Source of the DNA: an uncultured Bacilli bacterium
GTDB lineage: Bacteria; Bacillota_I; Bacilli_A; RF39; UBA660
Assembly: GCA_947624275.1 (NCBI GenBank)
Contig: CANQJR010000001.1
Coordinates: 1,064 to 65,063, forward strand
DNA: 64,000 bases
Direction of reading: 5' to 3'
Below are positions 9,536 to 19,422 of the stretch, one piece after another. Under the pieces are notes generated by a model. It saw only the letters and a program-made list of their open reading frames with translations, did not search any database and had not been told where the DNA came from. The translations under genes were made by a program, and so were the position numbers. Position 1 is the first letter of the stretch, and each line of letters begins with the position of its first letter.

Positions 9536-10252
9536 ATGTTAAATTTAAATGTTAATAATAGAGATGCTTTAGAGGATATAATTATTACTGAGGACACTAT
9601 CTTAAAAATTGATTTGGATAATTGTTCTAAAGAAATAAATATAGATGTCATGGATGACATGTGTTTAGAAGTACTAGAAATGGATAATCATACTTCTAAC
9701 GTCATCAATTATAATTTGCGAAGCAATGCACAAGTGATCGTCAATAAATTGGCACGCGATTGTAGTGATACTACTAATGTCACTTTGAGTGGAGATAATG
9801 CCAGTATTAAATACTATTCAAATATTATGAATTTTGATGATAATATTTACACTTTTAAAACGCTACATAAGGCCAATTGTACTAGTAGTGATATATATAA
9901 TTATTGTGTCAACTTCACTAATAGTTCATTTAAGTTTCTAATCGATGGTAAAATTGAAAGAGAGACTGCGGAATGCTATTGCAATCAAGATAATAAAATC
10001 ATTGATATGGCTAATGGTGACAATGCCATTTGTCCTAATTTATTAGTTGATAATGATATGATCAATGCCAATCATTCTGCTTATATTGGCAAGTTCAAAA
10101 AAGATATCGTTTTCTATATGCAAAGTCGTGGTTTGTCAAAACGAGATTGTGATTTCTTGTTGATCAAAGGTTTTTTATTAGGAAAGATGCAACTGGATGA
10201 TAGAACGTTAGAGGAGTATACAAACTTCGTTCAAGACAATGTTGAGTGGTGA
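9536..10252 (+). CDS. sufD: Fe-S cluster assembly protein SufD (short form, 238 aa)
   Basis: Located between sufC and sufS; C-terminal FLLIKGFLLG SufB/D-type motif. About half the usual SufD length. Confidence 0.6.
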   Translation: MLNLNVNNRDALEDIIITEDTILKIDLDNCSKEINIDVMDDMCLEVLEMDNHTSNVINYNLRSNAQVIVNKLARDCSDTTNVTLSGDNASIKYYSNIMNFDDNIYTFKTLHKANCTSSDIYNYCVNFTNSSFKFLIDGKIERETAECYCNQDNKIIDMANGDNAICPNLLVDNDMINANHSAYIGKFKKDIVFYMQSRGLSKRDCDFLLIKGFLLGKMQLDDRTLEEYTNFVQDNVEW

Positions 10253-10257
10253 TAAAA

Positions 10258-11454
10258 ATGAATAGAGAAGATTTTCCAATGTTAAATGACGAAATCGTTT
10301 ATTTCGATAATAGTGCTACTAGTTTTAAACCGCAATGTGTTATCGAGGCGATGAATGAGTACTATACTAAATATTCGGCTAATGCCCATCGTGGGGACTA
10401 TGACATCAGTTTACGCGTCGATCAAGAGTATGAAAGAGTGAGGACAAAAGTCAAAGAATTGATCAGCGCTCAAAGAGATGAAGAGATCGTTTTTACCAAG
10501 GGGACAACTGATGGTTTAAATATGGTAGTCTTTGGCTATATGGCTAAGTTCTTACAAAAAGGCGATGAAGTTTTGATCAGTAAAAGCGAACATGCTTCCA
10601 ATGTTTTGCCGTGGTTTGTCTTAGCTAAAAAGAAGGGAATCGTCATCAAATATATTCCTTTAGATGCGGACTATTCTTTAAATGTGTCGGCAATTGAACC
10701 GATGATTACGGAGAAAACCAAAGTCATTTCTCTTGCTCATGTCACTAATGTCATTGGTGATGTTCGCGATGTTGATGCGATTGGTGAAATCTGCATGAAG
10801 CATGATATCTTGTTCGTCGTTGATGCTGCCCAAAGCATTGGACATATGAAAATAGATGTGCAAAAAAGTCATATCGATTTTTTGGCTTTTTCGGCCCATA
10901 AGATGTTGGGACCAACTGGTGTTGGAGCTCTCTATGGCAAATATTCGCTATTGAATGATATGGATCCAGTTATATATGGCGGTGGTATGAACGCTTTCTT
11001 TGAAAGTGATTACAGCTATGAACTAAAAGAGGTCCCTTGGAAGTTTGAAGCAGGGACTCCCAATATTGCCGAAGTGATAGGAATGGGAAGAGCCATTGAT
11101 TATCTTCAGGAGATGGGTTTGGACAAAATACATGAATATGAAATGCATTTAAAAGAGCTGGCCATTGCCCAATTAGAGAAGATTCCCAATATAAAAGTTT
11201 TTAATAAAAAGGCAGAAAGTGGTATAATAACTTTCAACATCGATAAAGTGTTCAGTCAAGATGCAGTCATCTTTTTAAATAGGTTTAAAATATGTGTTCG
11301 CAGTGGCAATCACTGTGCCAAAATCTTGAAAGATGAAATCGGTGTTACGAATACTTGTCGTGCCAGTTTTTACTTTTATAATACCGAGGAAGAAGTTTTA
11401 AAATTGGTAGAGGCATTAAAATGTCAAGATAAAATTTATGATAATATCATATGA
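10258..11454 (+). CDS. sufS: Cysteine desulfurase SufS
   Basis: PLP-lysine motif FSAHKMLGPTGVGALYG; class V aminotransferase; RBS GGTGA before ATG 10258. Confidence 0.9.
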   Translation: MNREDFPMLNDEIVYFDNSATSFKPQCVIEAMNEYYTKYSANAHRGDYDISLRVDQEYERVRTKVKELISAQRDEEIVFTKGTTDGLNMVVFGYMAKFLQKGDEVLISKSEHASNVLPWFVLAKKKGIVIKYIPLDADYSLNVSAIEPMITEKTKVISLAHVTNVIGDVRDVDAIGEICMKHDILFVVDAAQSIGHMKIDVQKSHIDFLAFSAHKMLGPTGVGALYGKYSLLNDMDPVIYGGGMNAFFESDYSYELKEVPWKFEAGTPNIAEVIGMGRAIDYLQEMGLDKIHEYEMHLKELAIAQLEKIPNIKVFNKKAESGIITFNIDKVFSQDAVIFLNRFKICVRSGNHCAKILKDEIGVTNTCRASFYFYNTEEEVLKLVEALKCQDKIYDNII

Positions 11455-11465
11455 ATTGAGGTGAT

Positions 11466-11894
11466 TTGATGGATGAAAAGTTAAAGCGCGATATCATTTT
11501 GGAACATTATCAGAATCCTTATCACAGAGGACTTATCGATGACGATAGATATGTCAGAGTCAACAGTCGTAATGCTTCTTGTGTCGATAATATCGATGTC
11601 ATGGCTCTAATCGAAAATGGTGTCATCGTCGATGCTAGATTCGATGGTGAAGCTTGTGCCATTTGTACTTCAGCAACTTCCGTCATGTTGAAAACTTTGA
11701 TCGGTAAGACTGTCGAAGAGGCCGAAGTGATAATTGCTAATTTTAACAATATGATCAATGAACAAGAATATGATGGATCTAAATTGGCTGAATTGAATGT
11801 CTACGATACTATTTATCGTCAACCAAATCGTAAGACTTGTGCTCTATTGCCTTTTAGGGCTATTAAAGATATAATTGATTCAAAAAAAAATTAG
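11466..11894 (+). CDS. sufU: Fe-S cluster scaffold SufU (IscU/NifU-like)
   Basis: GEACAICTSATS active-site region; RBS GAGGTGA. Confidence 0.85.
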   Translation: MMDEKLKRDIILEHYQNPYHRGLIDDDRYVRVNSRNASCVDNIDVMALIENGVIVDARFDGEACAICTSATSVMLKTLIGKTVEEAEVIIANFNNMINEQEYDGSKLAELNVYDTIYRQPNRKTCALLPFRAIKDIIDSKKN

Positions 11895-11918
11895 ATATAT
11901 AAATTGGAGGTTTTGTTT

Positions 11919-12332
11919 ATGAATAATTCATTAAAAATTTATCGTACAAAGGATTTAGATATGGTGGCTGTTAGAAAATATAGTGGTGAAGAAAACGGTA
12001 TGCACGTTTGGATTTTCCAAGGGTTTGACTTCGTCAAGAATGATGGTGTTGGTCATGCTGCAAGCGTCTTGGAAGATACTGATTACCAATATTTACCAAT
12101 GATTGAAGATGAGAATAGTCTCAATCGTGGTAGATACATCCATGCGGGATTAAAACTTGGGGACATTCGCATAGTAGGCGATGTTCCTGAACATATGAAT
12201 CCTCTTCGCTGTTCTATTTTACCATTCATATCTAACAAATCATTAGTGAAGTGGATTGAAAAACATCCCAATATTTCTTTTGTACACGATGAGAGAGATG
12301 TAGGAAAAGTAAAAAAACTCGGTTCGAGATAA
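11919..12332 (+). CDS. Hypothetical protein inserted between sufU and sufB
   Basis: 137-aa ORF with RBS GGAGG; no recognisable motif; same strand and tight spacing inside the suf operon. Confidence 0.5.
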   Translation: MNNSLKIYRTKDLDMVAVRKYSGEENGMHVWIFQGFDFVKNDGVGHAASVLEDTDYQYLPMIEDENSLNRGRYIHAGLKLGDIRIVGDVPEHMNPLRCSILPFISNKSLVKWIEKHPNISFVHDERDVGKVKKLGSR

Positions 12333-12347
12333 ATATAGGAGGAAATT

Positions 12348-13658
12348 ATGGAAATTGTAGGAATTGATGAAAAAAAAGTCCAACAGATTTCACAGATTAA
12401 GGCTGAAGATGATTGGGTTTTAAAATATAGATTACAAAGTTATAAGAATTTCTGCAATTTGGATATGCCTGATTTTGGTCCTGAGTACGATTTGGATTTT
12501 GATCAAATAATCTATTATAAAAACAATGAAGATGAAAAGATGACGAGTGATTGGAATCAAATTGATAACGATATTAAATGTGAATTGTCTTGTTTGGGTG
12601 TCTTGGAGAGTGAAAAGCATTTAGATGGTATGGGAGTTCAGTACGAAAGTGAAGTCATATATCACAATATGCTTGAGGAATTGAAACAAAAAAATGTCAT
12701 TTTCACTTCAATTGAAGAGGGAATGAAAAAATATCCCGACATCTTCAAAAAATATTTTGGCAAAATTGTGACCAATGCTGAGAACAAGTTTGCAGCTCTG
12801 AATGGGAGTGTCTTTAGTGGGGGAAGTTTTATTTATATTCCACCTCATACTAAATTAGATCGTCCTCTCCAAAGTTATTTTCGCATCAATTCCCGTGGAA
12901 TGGGACAGTTTGAGCGCACTTTGATCGTCGTCGATGATTATAGTGATTTACATTACGTCGAAGGGTGTACAGCTCCGATGTATAGCGATTCTTCTCTTCA
13001 TGCAGCCGTCGTCGAAATATACGTTGGAAAACATAGCAAATGTCGTTATTCAACTATTCAAAACTGGGCTCATAACGTTTTAAACCTAGTTACTAAAAGA
13101 GCTCTTGTCGAAGAAAATGGAACGATGGAGTGGATTGATGGTAATATCGGTAGCAAAGTGACGATGAAATACCCATGTTGTGTATTAAAAGGTGATAACA
13201 GTTCCGGTACTTGCATTACCATAAGTGTAGCTACTGATGGTCAACAACAGGATAGTGGTGCGAGAATGATCCATTTGGGTAAGAATACTAAGAGTAATAT
13301 CATTTCTAAAAGTATTGCGCGCAGTGGTGGTAATGCTAGCTATCGTGGCAAAGTTGACATCAAAGAGCAAGCATTCAATAGTGAAGCAATGGTTAAGTGC
13401 GATACATTGATTTTAGATCACAATTCTAAAAGTGATACTTATCCAACCAATATTTGTCGCAATAGTTCTAGCAGTCTCGAACATGAAGCAACGGTTTCTA
13501 AGATTAGCGAAGAAAAATTGTTTTACATGATGAGTCGTGGCATTCCTAGAGAAAAAGCCATTGAGTTAATCGTTTTGGGCTTCATCGAACGCTTTCGCGA
13601 AGAGTTGCCAATGGAATATGCAGTTGAACTCAATCAATTGTTAAAAAATAATTTATAA
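12348..13658 (+). CDS. sufB: Fe-S cluster assembly protein SufB
   Basis: Strong SufB similarity along its length (e.g. GQFERTLIVVDD, KHSKCRYSTIQNW); RBS AGGAGG. Confidence 0.9.
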   Translation: MEIVGIDEKKVQQISQIKAEDDWVLKYRLQSYKNFCNLDMPDFGPEYDLDFDQIIYYKNNEDEKMTSDWNQIDNDIKCELSCLGVLESEKHLDGMGVQYESEVIYHNMLEELKQKNVIFTSIEEGMKKYPDIFKKYFGKIVTNAENKFAALNGSVFSGGSFIYIPPHTKLDRPLQSYFRINSRGMGQFERTLIVVDDYSDLHYVEGCTAPMYSDSSLHAAVVEIYVGKHSKCRYSTIQNWAHNVLNLVTKRALVEENGTMEWIDGNIGSKVTMKYPCCVLKGDNSSGTCITISVATDGQQQDSGARMIHLGKNTKSNIISKSIARSGGNASYRGKVDIKEQAFNSEAMVKCDTLILDHNSKSDTYPTNICRNSSSSLEHEATVSKISEEKLFYMMSRGIPREKAIELIVLGFIERFREELPMEYAVELNQLLKNNL

Positions 13659-13758
13659 AACTTCACATTTTAGAAATTGTAATCAAAAAGTTGAGCAAAA
13701 ACATTATTTGGCGATGAGAAAAGATGATTTTTAATAAATTTTTAATCAAAAAATGACT

Positions 13759-13785
13759 AAAGCATCATTTGTGATGCTTTTTTTG
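13759..13785 (+). terminator. Rho-independent terminator of the suf operon
   Basis: AAAGCATCA-tttg-TGATGCTTT perfect 9-bp stem followed by a T-run. Confidence 0.7.
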
Positions 13786-13819
13786 TTGTGTTATATTTCC
13801 TGTCGAAAGGAGGAAAAAT

Positions 13820-14155
13820 ATGTTAAATCAGGTGGTTTTGGTTGGAAGATTAGTTCGCGATCCCGAACTAAGAACGACGGAGAGTAACAAAAGTGTCACG
13901 ACAATTACTCTAGCTATTCCGCGCAGTTTTAAAAATATGAATGGCGAATATGATACGGATTTTATCGATTGTGTTCTCTGGGAAAGTACGGCTAAATCGA
14001 CTAGTGAATATTGTCATAAGAGTGATATTGTAGGAATTAAAGGTCGAGTTCAAAATCGAGTTATCGAAAAAGATAATGAAAAAAAATATTTGACAGAAAT
14101 AATCGCAGAAAAAGTTACTTTTTTATCCAGTACGACTAAAAACGAAAAAGAATAA
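13820..14155 (+). CDS. ssb: Single-stranded DNA-binding protein (short, SsbB-like)
   Basis: LVGRLVRDPELR...ITLAIPRSFKNMNGEYDTDFIDCVLWE OB-fold signature; 111 aa with no acidic tail. Confidence 0.8.
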   Translation: MLNQVVLVGRLVRDPELRTTESNKSVTTITLAIPRSFKNMNGEYDTDFIDCVLWESTAKSTSEYCHKSDIVGIKGRVQNRVIEKDNEKKYLTEIIAEKVTFLSSTTKNEKE

Positions 14156-14277
14156 TATTACCATTAAAATAATCTAATTTATGACCCAATAAATATGAAA
14201 AGACACTTTAATAGTGTTTTTTTGTGTTTTGAATAAAAAAGTGTTACAATTGAATGGATAGAAGAGAGGATAGGAAA

Positions 14278-14700
14278 ATGCGTTTAGAAAAAAATTTTAT
14301 TGATGAAATCAATCATGATGATGTCGCTTTAGAAGCAAATTTAAAATGTGAGTGTGGAAGCCAAATCTTTACTATTGTGCATACTGGTAAAGAGAAAAAA
14401 AGTTTGTTTGGCGGAATTTCTTTAGTTAAAAAAGATGATCAGATACGAATAAAAGCTCTATGTCAAACCTGTGGTAAAGAGTTTGTTCTCTATGATAGCA
14501 CTGTAGATGGAAATAAACCAAAAGAAGCACCTATCGCAGAATATGTGAAGTTAGTCATCAAAGATAAAGATGCTTTTAAAATCAATATGAAATACAATTT
14601 TATGAAAGAAAATTTTAAAACAGATCGTTTTGAAGGTATTGCTATAGATGTTCAGGATGATGCTTCTAAAAAAGAGAGACGTATCTATGAAGAGTTATAA
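14278..14700 (+). CDS. Hypothetical protein with a CxC...CxxC zinc-ribbon-like motif
   Basis: Cys residues at CEC and CQTCG; start chosen after the RBS-like AGAGAGGA; no family recognised. Confidence 0.45.
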   Translation: MRLEKNFIDEINHDDVALEANLKCECGSQIFTIVHTGKEKKSLFGGISLVKKDDQIRIKALCQTCGKEFVLYDSTVDGNKPKEAPIAEYVKLVIKDKDAFKINMKYNFMKENFKTDRFEGIAIDVQDDASKKERRIYEEL

Positions 14701-14822
14701 GTGATGAGATAGTTCATTTTGAAGAAGAATAAATCTTCTTTTTCTTTTATATACTTATGTATAAGTTTTATTTATGAATGATATTATGGTATAATCAAGG
14801 TATTGAAAGTAGATGATGATAG

Positions 14823-17441
14823 ATGAATTTTTTTGATGAATCAATTGAAAAAGTTTATGAAGCATTAGAGACAAATTCTAATGGTTTGAGTAAAAAAGAG
14901 AGACAGAGAAGAATTGCTAAATATGGAAAAAATAAAATAGAAAGTGGTAAAAAGGAAAGCAATGTCATCAAATTTTTGAGGCAGTTTAAAGATTTGATGA
15001 TAGTGATTCTTTTGCTTGCCGCTCTTTTCTCTTTTGTCGAAGCTATTATCCATGGTGAAAGTTTAGTTGATAGCGTCATCATTGTCGTCGTGGTCATCAT
15101 GAATGCGATTATGGGATTCATGCAAGAACAGAAAGCTGAGGCAGCTATTGAAGAGTTGAAAAAAATGACGACGGTGATGTCTAAGGTCAGAGTTGATGGT
15201 AACATCGTCATCGTCAATAGTGAAAATCTAGTTCCTGGTGATATCATCATCCTAGATGCTGGTGATAAAATTCCTGCAGATTGTCGCATCATCAAAGCTT
15301 TTTCGGCAAAAGCAGATGAATCCATTCTAACTGGGGAAAGCGTACCAGCTGATAAAAATGAGAGAAAAGTACCGTCTAATAGTTCGTTGAGCGAGAGAAG
15401 TAATATGTTGTATTCTGGATGTAGTTTAGTCAATGGTCGTGTGACTGCAGTTGTGGTGGGAACGAATTATAAAACCGAAATTGGCAAGATTGCTACGTCG
15501 TTGGAACAGGAAAAAGAAGTGGAGACACCACTACAAAAAAAGATTGATGAACTCAGTAAAACTTTGTCATTCATCATCGGTTTGATCATCGTCGGCATGC
15601 TCATTTATGGCATCGTTCAAGGAAATGATATTTTGACCATCGTCATGTTGGCCATTTCACTAGCGGTGGCCGCTATTCCGGAAGGACTACCAGCTGTCAT
15701 AACTATTACTCTTTCCATCGGAATGAATCAAATGGCTAAGAAGAAAGCAATCATTAGATCGATGAAAGCAATTGAGACTTTGGGTTCGACTGATGTCATC
15801 TGTTCTGACAAAACGGGAACGATTACGCAAAACAAGATGACGATTCAAGAAATATTTGTCAACGGTCAGAGTTATAGAGATGATTATCCCGATGTTGATG
15901 ATATGGACTTATTAGAAAAAGTCTTCATCTTGTGCAATGATGTGGAGATTGATGATGAGCAAAACTTCGTTGGTGATCCAACTGAAATAGCTTTTTTCGA
16001 CTATATGCACAAGAATAAAAAAGATCCCATTACGATCAAGCACAATTTTCCAGTCATCTTAGAAATGCCTTTTGACTCTGATAGAAAACGCATGTCGACT
16101 GTCAATGAAATCGATGGTAAAATGTTCGTTTTAGTCAAGGGTGGTCTCGATAGCGTCTTGCAATGTACGACGAAGTGTTTGCGAGATGGTAAAGTAATTG
16201 ATATCAAAAAAGAGATTGATGACATCAAGAGAGTTGAGAAAGAGATGGGCGATAAATCATATCGCGTCCTCGCCTGTGCTTATAAAGAAATCAAGAAAAT
16301 ACCGGATAAAAATTTAGAAGAGGAACTGGAGAGCAATTTGATTTTTATCGGTTTGGTAGGGATGATTGATCCGCCACGTGAGACGGTTAAATCCTCTATA
16401 AAAGAGTGTAAAAATGCTGGTATTCGTCCAGTCATGATCACTGGAGATACGCTTCCCACAGCCATTGCGATTGGTAAGAGTATTGGTATCATAGATAGTG
16501 ATGACGAAGGTGTTGAGGGAAGAGCCTTAGACCGTTACACCGATTACGAACTTCGCGAAGTGGTTAAAAATTATAGTGTTTATGCCCGTGTTTCTCCAGA
16601 ACATAAAGTGCGCATTGTCAATGCTTGGCAAGAGAATGGCAAAGTAGTAGCGATGACTGGCGATGGTGTCAATGATGCCCCTGCTATAAAGATGGCCCAT
16701 GTCGGTGTTGGCATGGGAATTACAGGAACGGAAGTTACTAAAAATGTCGCTGATGTCATCTTGGTCGACGATTGTTTTAGTACTATTGTGACTGCCGTGG
16801 AAGAGGGAAGAAGAATTTTTGACAACATTAAAAATGCCATTTTGTATCTTCTCTCTAGCAATTTCGCCGAGATTTTAATCGTCTTGTTTGCCATGTTTGC
16901 GGGCATCGAGATATTATTGCCAATTCATTTGTTGTACATCAATTTAGTGACAGATTCCATTCCATCGATTTGTTTAGCCTTTGAGAAAGCATCTAAAGAT
17001 GTCATGCGAAAGAAACCGCGTGGCCTAAATGGACGATTCTTCACCCCATTTTTCGTTGCCAGTTTGACATTGGCTTCTCTAGTGGCAGGAATATCTGTTT
17101 TGATCGTCTTTCACATTGGCAATCAGACGTCTTTAGAAATCGGTAGAACTATGGCCTTTTTGGGGTTGATCATGCAAGAAATAGTGTATTCAATTTGTTG
17201 TCGCAATCCTCACAAAGCAATTGTTGAACAGGGATTGTTTTCCAATAAAGTGATGAATTGGGGTATTTTGGGAGTAATAGTTGTCAATTTGTTGGTTTTC
17301 TTAACACCGATTAGGAACTTGTTCAGAATCAAGATGCTCAATATTGGTCAATTCGGTATCATTTTGTTAATCACCATTGTTTCATTTGTCATAATTGAGT
17401 CCTTTAAATTGTTATTTACTAAATGCTTTAAAGATGAATAG
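14823..17441 (+). CDS. P-type cation-transporting ATPase (P2-type, Ca2+-ATPase-like)
   Basis: DKTGTITQN phosphorylation motif, TGDGVNDAPA, TGES, about 10 TM helices. Confidence 0.9.
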   Translation: MNFFDESIEKVYEALETNSNGLSKKERQRRIAKYGKNKIESGKKESNVIKFLRQFKDLMIVILLLAALFSFVEAIIHGESLVDSVIIVVVVIMNAIMGFMQEQKAEAAIEELKKMTTVMSKVRVDGNIVIVNSENLVPGDIIILDAGDKIPADCRIIKAFSAKADESILTGESVPADKNERKVPSNSSLSERSNMLYSGCSLVNGRVTAVVVGTNYKTEIGKIATSLEQEKEVETPLQKKIDELSKTLSFIIGLIIVGMLIYGIVQGNDILTIVMLAISLAVAAIPEGLPAVITITLSIGMNQMAKKKAIIRSMKAIETLGSTDVICSDKTGTITQNKMTIQEIFVNGQSYRDDYPDVDDMDLLEKVFILCNDVEIDDEQNFVGDPTEIAFFDYMHKNKKDPITIKHNFPVILEMPFDSDRKRMSTVNEIDGKMFVLVKGGLDSVLQCTTKCLRDGKVIDIKKEIDDIKRVEKEMGDKSYRVLACAYKEIKKIPDKNLEEELESNLIFIGLVGMIDPPRETVKSSIKECKNAGIRPVMITGDTLPTAIAIGKSIGIIDSDDEGVEGRALDRYTDYELREVVKNYSVYARVSPEHKVRIVNAWQENGKVVAMTGDGVNDAPAIKMAHVGVGMGITGTEVTKNVADVILVDDCFSTIVTAVEEGRRIFDNIKNAILYLLSSNFAEILIVLFAMFAGIEILLPIHLLYINLVTDSIPSICLAFEKASKDVMRKKPRGLNGRFFTPFFVASLTLASLVAGISVLIVFHIGNQTSLEIGRTMAFLGLIMQEIVYSICCRNPHKAIVEQGLFSNKVMNWGILGVIVVNLLVFLTPIRNLFRIKMLNIGQFGIILLITIVSFVIIESFKLLFTKCFKDE

Positions 17442-17451
17442 TGTCAATAAG

Positions 17452-17486
17452 AGATACAAAGTAATTTTAATACTTGTATCTTTTTG
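17452..17486 (+). terminator. Rho-independent terminator after the ATPase gene
   Basis: GATACAA(A)GT...ACTTGTATC stem with a one-base bulge, followed by TTTTTG. Confidence 0.55.
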
Positions 17487-17510
17487 TTATAATTATAATA
17501 GGTGATAACT

Positions 17511-18176
17511 ATGACGATAGAAGATGCTGAAAGATGGCAGGAAAAGGGAGTAGTAATAATTGATCACAATACGACTTATTTAGAAGAAGATGTGTGTATT
17601 GGGGAAAATACAATAATTTATCCCAATGTCTCTATTAGAGGAAAATCCATCATAGGTAAAAATAATATCATTGAATCAAATACTATTATAATTGATGCCA
17701 TTATTGGTAATAATAATAAAGTGATATCATCTCATCTAAATGGTGTTAAAATAGGTGATAATAATAGAATTGGTCCTTTTTGCAATTTACACGATAATGT
17801 CGATTTAGCTGACAATAATCGCGTTGGCAATTTTGTTGAGATTAAGAATTGTATCATCGGTAGTAATAATGCTTTTAAACATCTGTCCTATCTTGGCGAT
17901 AGCGAAATCAAAAATGGTATCAATTTCAGTGCTGGAGCTATTACCGCCAATTTTAATTGGATTGATAAAACACATAATAAAACGATTATTGAAGATGAGG
18001 TCATGGTCGGAGCTAATGCCGTTTTAGTTGCCCCTGTAACGTTGAAACGTCAAGCTTTTGTAGCAGCTGGCAGCGTCATTGATGTTGACGTTCCTGAAAA
18101 GGCTCTTGCCGTAGCTCGTCCAAGACCACAAATAAAAGAGAATTTTATAGAGGAGAAAAAGGATGAAAGCAATTGA
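17511..18176 (+). CDS. Stand-alone left-handed beta-helix acetyltransferase homologous to the GlmU C-terminal (GlcN-1-P acetyltransferase) domain
   Basis: Hexapeptide repeats; C-terminus NKTIIEDEVMVGANAVLVAPVTL...AAGSVIDVDVPEKALAVARPRPQIKENF aligns with the GlmU C-terminus; no N-terminal uridyltransferase domain. Confidence 0.7.
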   Translation: MTIEDAERWQEKGVVIIDHNTTYLEEDVCIGENTIIYPNVSIRGKSIIGKNNIIESNTIIIDAIIGNNNKVISSHLNGVKIGDNNRIGPFCNLHDNVDLADNNRVGNFVEIKNCIIGSNNAFKHLSYLGDSEIKNGINFSAGAITANFNWIDKTHNKTIIEDEVMVGANAVLVAPVTLKRQAFVAAGSVIDVDVPEKALAVARPRPQIKENFIEEKKDESN

Positions 18177-19398
18177 TATAATTGATAAAAAACGTTTAAA
18201 ACAAGAACTTTCCAAAGAAGAAATTACATTTTTTTTCAATGGGTTTTTAAATGGTGACGTGGAAAATTATCAAATGTCATCGCTATTGATGGCGATTGTC
18301 TTAAATGGTATGAGTGATGAAGAGATTTATAATTTGACGGAGACGTTCATTCAAAGTGGCGACGTTTTAAATTTGGATAGCATCAAAGGTGTCAAAGTTG
18401 ATAAACATTCAACGGGTGGCATTGGTGATAAGACGACGCTCATCGTTGCACCCATTGTCGCATCTCTCGGTGTTAAGATGTGTAAAATGAGTGGACGTGG
18501 TCTCGGCTATACAGGTGGTACAATTGATAAGTTGGAGAGCATTCCTGGCTTTAAAGTCAATCTCAGCGAAGAGGAGATAAAGAGACAAGTCAATGACATT
18601 TCTTTAGCCATCACTAGTCAAACAAAAAATTTAGTTCCCATGGATAAAAAAGTTTATGCCCTTCGCGACGTCACGGCCACTGTTGAATCGATTCCTTTAA
18701 TAGCTTCTAGCATCATGAGTAAAAAAATTGCCAGTGGTGCCGATAAAATATTGATCGACATCAAAGTTGGTAGTGGGGCTCTGATCAAAAATGTGCACGA
18801 TGCCAAACATTTGAGTGATTTGATGATCAAAATTGGCAATAGATATAATCGTGAAGTCAGAACTTTGATAACGGATATGGATACTCCGCTTGGCAAAGCA
18901 ATCGGTAATAGTCTGGAAGTCGTTGAAGCCGTCAGCATATTGCTCGGTCGTGACAAAGACAGTTATCTCTACAAAGTATGTGTGAAAATTGCCAGTAATC
19001 TAGTCAGCATGGCTCTTGGTGAATCGCTAAATGATGCCCAAGAGATGGTCGTTCAAAATATTAATAATGGTCAGGCCTATGCCAAATTTATGGAATTTGT
19101 CAAACGTCAAGGTGGTGACGTCCAAAAACTTAAAATAAGTGATAAAAAAGTCGTCATCAGAAGTGAACTCAGTGGAGTCATCCAAAATGTTGACGCTTTG
19201 AAAATAGGTATGGTAGCGGCTTCCTTAGGAAGTCAGTGTGAAAAGGAAGGGGATCAAATTGATCATTCGGTAGGAGTTGTCTTGCACAAAAAGAATGGTG
19301 ATTTTGTCAATAGGGGAGAACCGTTGTGCACTTTGTATGTCGGGCAACGCGAAGATTATTTAGACCCATTAGATGCCTTTGAAATAATGCCACAATAA
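18163..19398 (+). CDS. pdp: Pyrimidine-nucleoside phosphorylase
   Basis: DKHSTGGIGDKTTLIVAPIVA and SGRGLGYTGGTIDKLES motifs. Confidence 0.9.
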   Translation: MKAIDIIDKKRLKQELSKEEITFFFNGFLNGDVENYQMSSLLMAIVLNGMSDEEIYNLTETFIQSGDVLNLDSIKGVKVDKHSTGGIGDKTTLIVAPIVASLGVKMCKMSGRGLGYTGGTIDKLESIPGFKVNLSEEEIKRQVNDISLAITSQTKNLVPMDKKVYALRDVTATVESIPLIASSIMSKKIASGADKILIDIKVGSGALIKNVHDAKHLSDLMIKIGNRYNREVRTLITDMDTPLGKAIGNSLEVVEAVSILLGRDKDSYLYKVCVKIASNLVSMALGESLNDAQEMVVQNINNGQAYAKFMEFVKRQGGDVQKLKISDKKVVIRSELSGVIQNVDALKIGMVAASLGSQCEKEGDQIDHSVGVVLHKKNGDFVNRGEPLCTLYVGQREDYLDPLDAFEIMPQ

Positions 19399-19422
19399 AA
19401 AACATATTTAACATATGTTTTT

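Noticed and set aside
9536-10252. SufD as a truncated pseudogene
   Set aside because: The ORF is intact, starts 1 nt after the sufC stop, and the operon continues normally. It is more likely a genuinely short variant.
14855-16906. Minus-strand ORFs (up to 192 aa) overlapping the P-type ATPase gene
   Set aside because: Antisense to a high-confidence CDS with diagnostic motifs, with no RBS; typical shadow ORFs.
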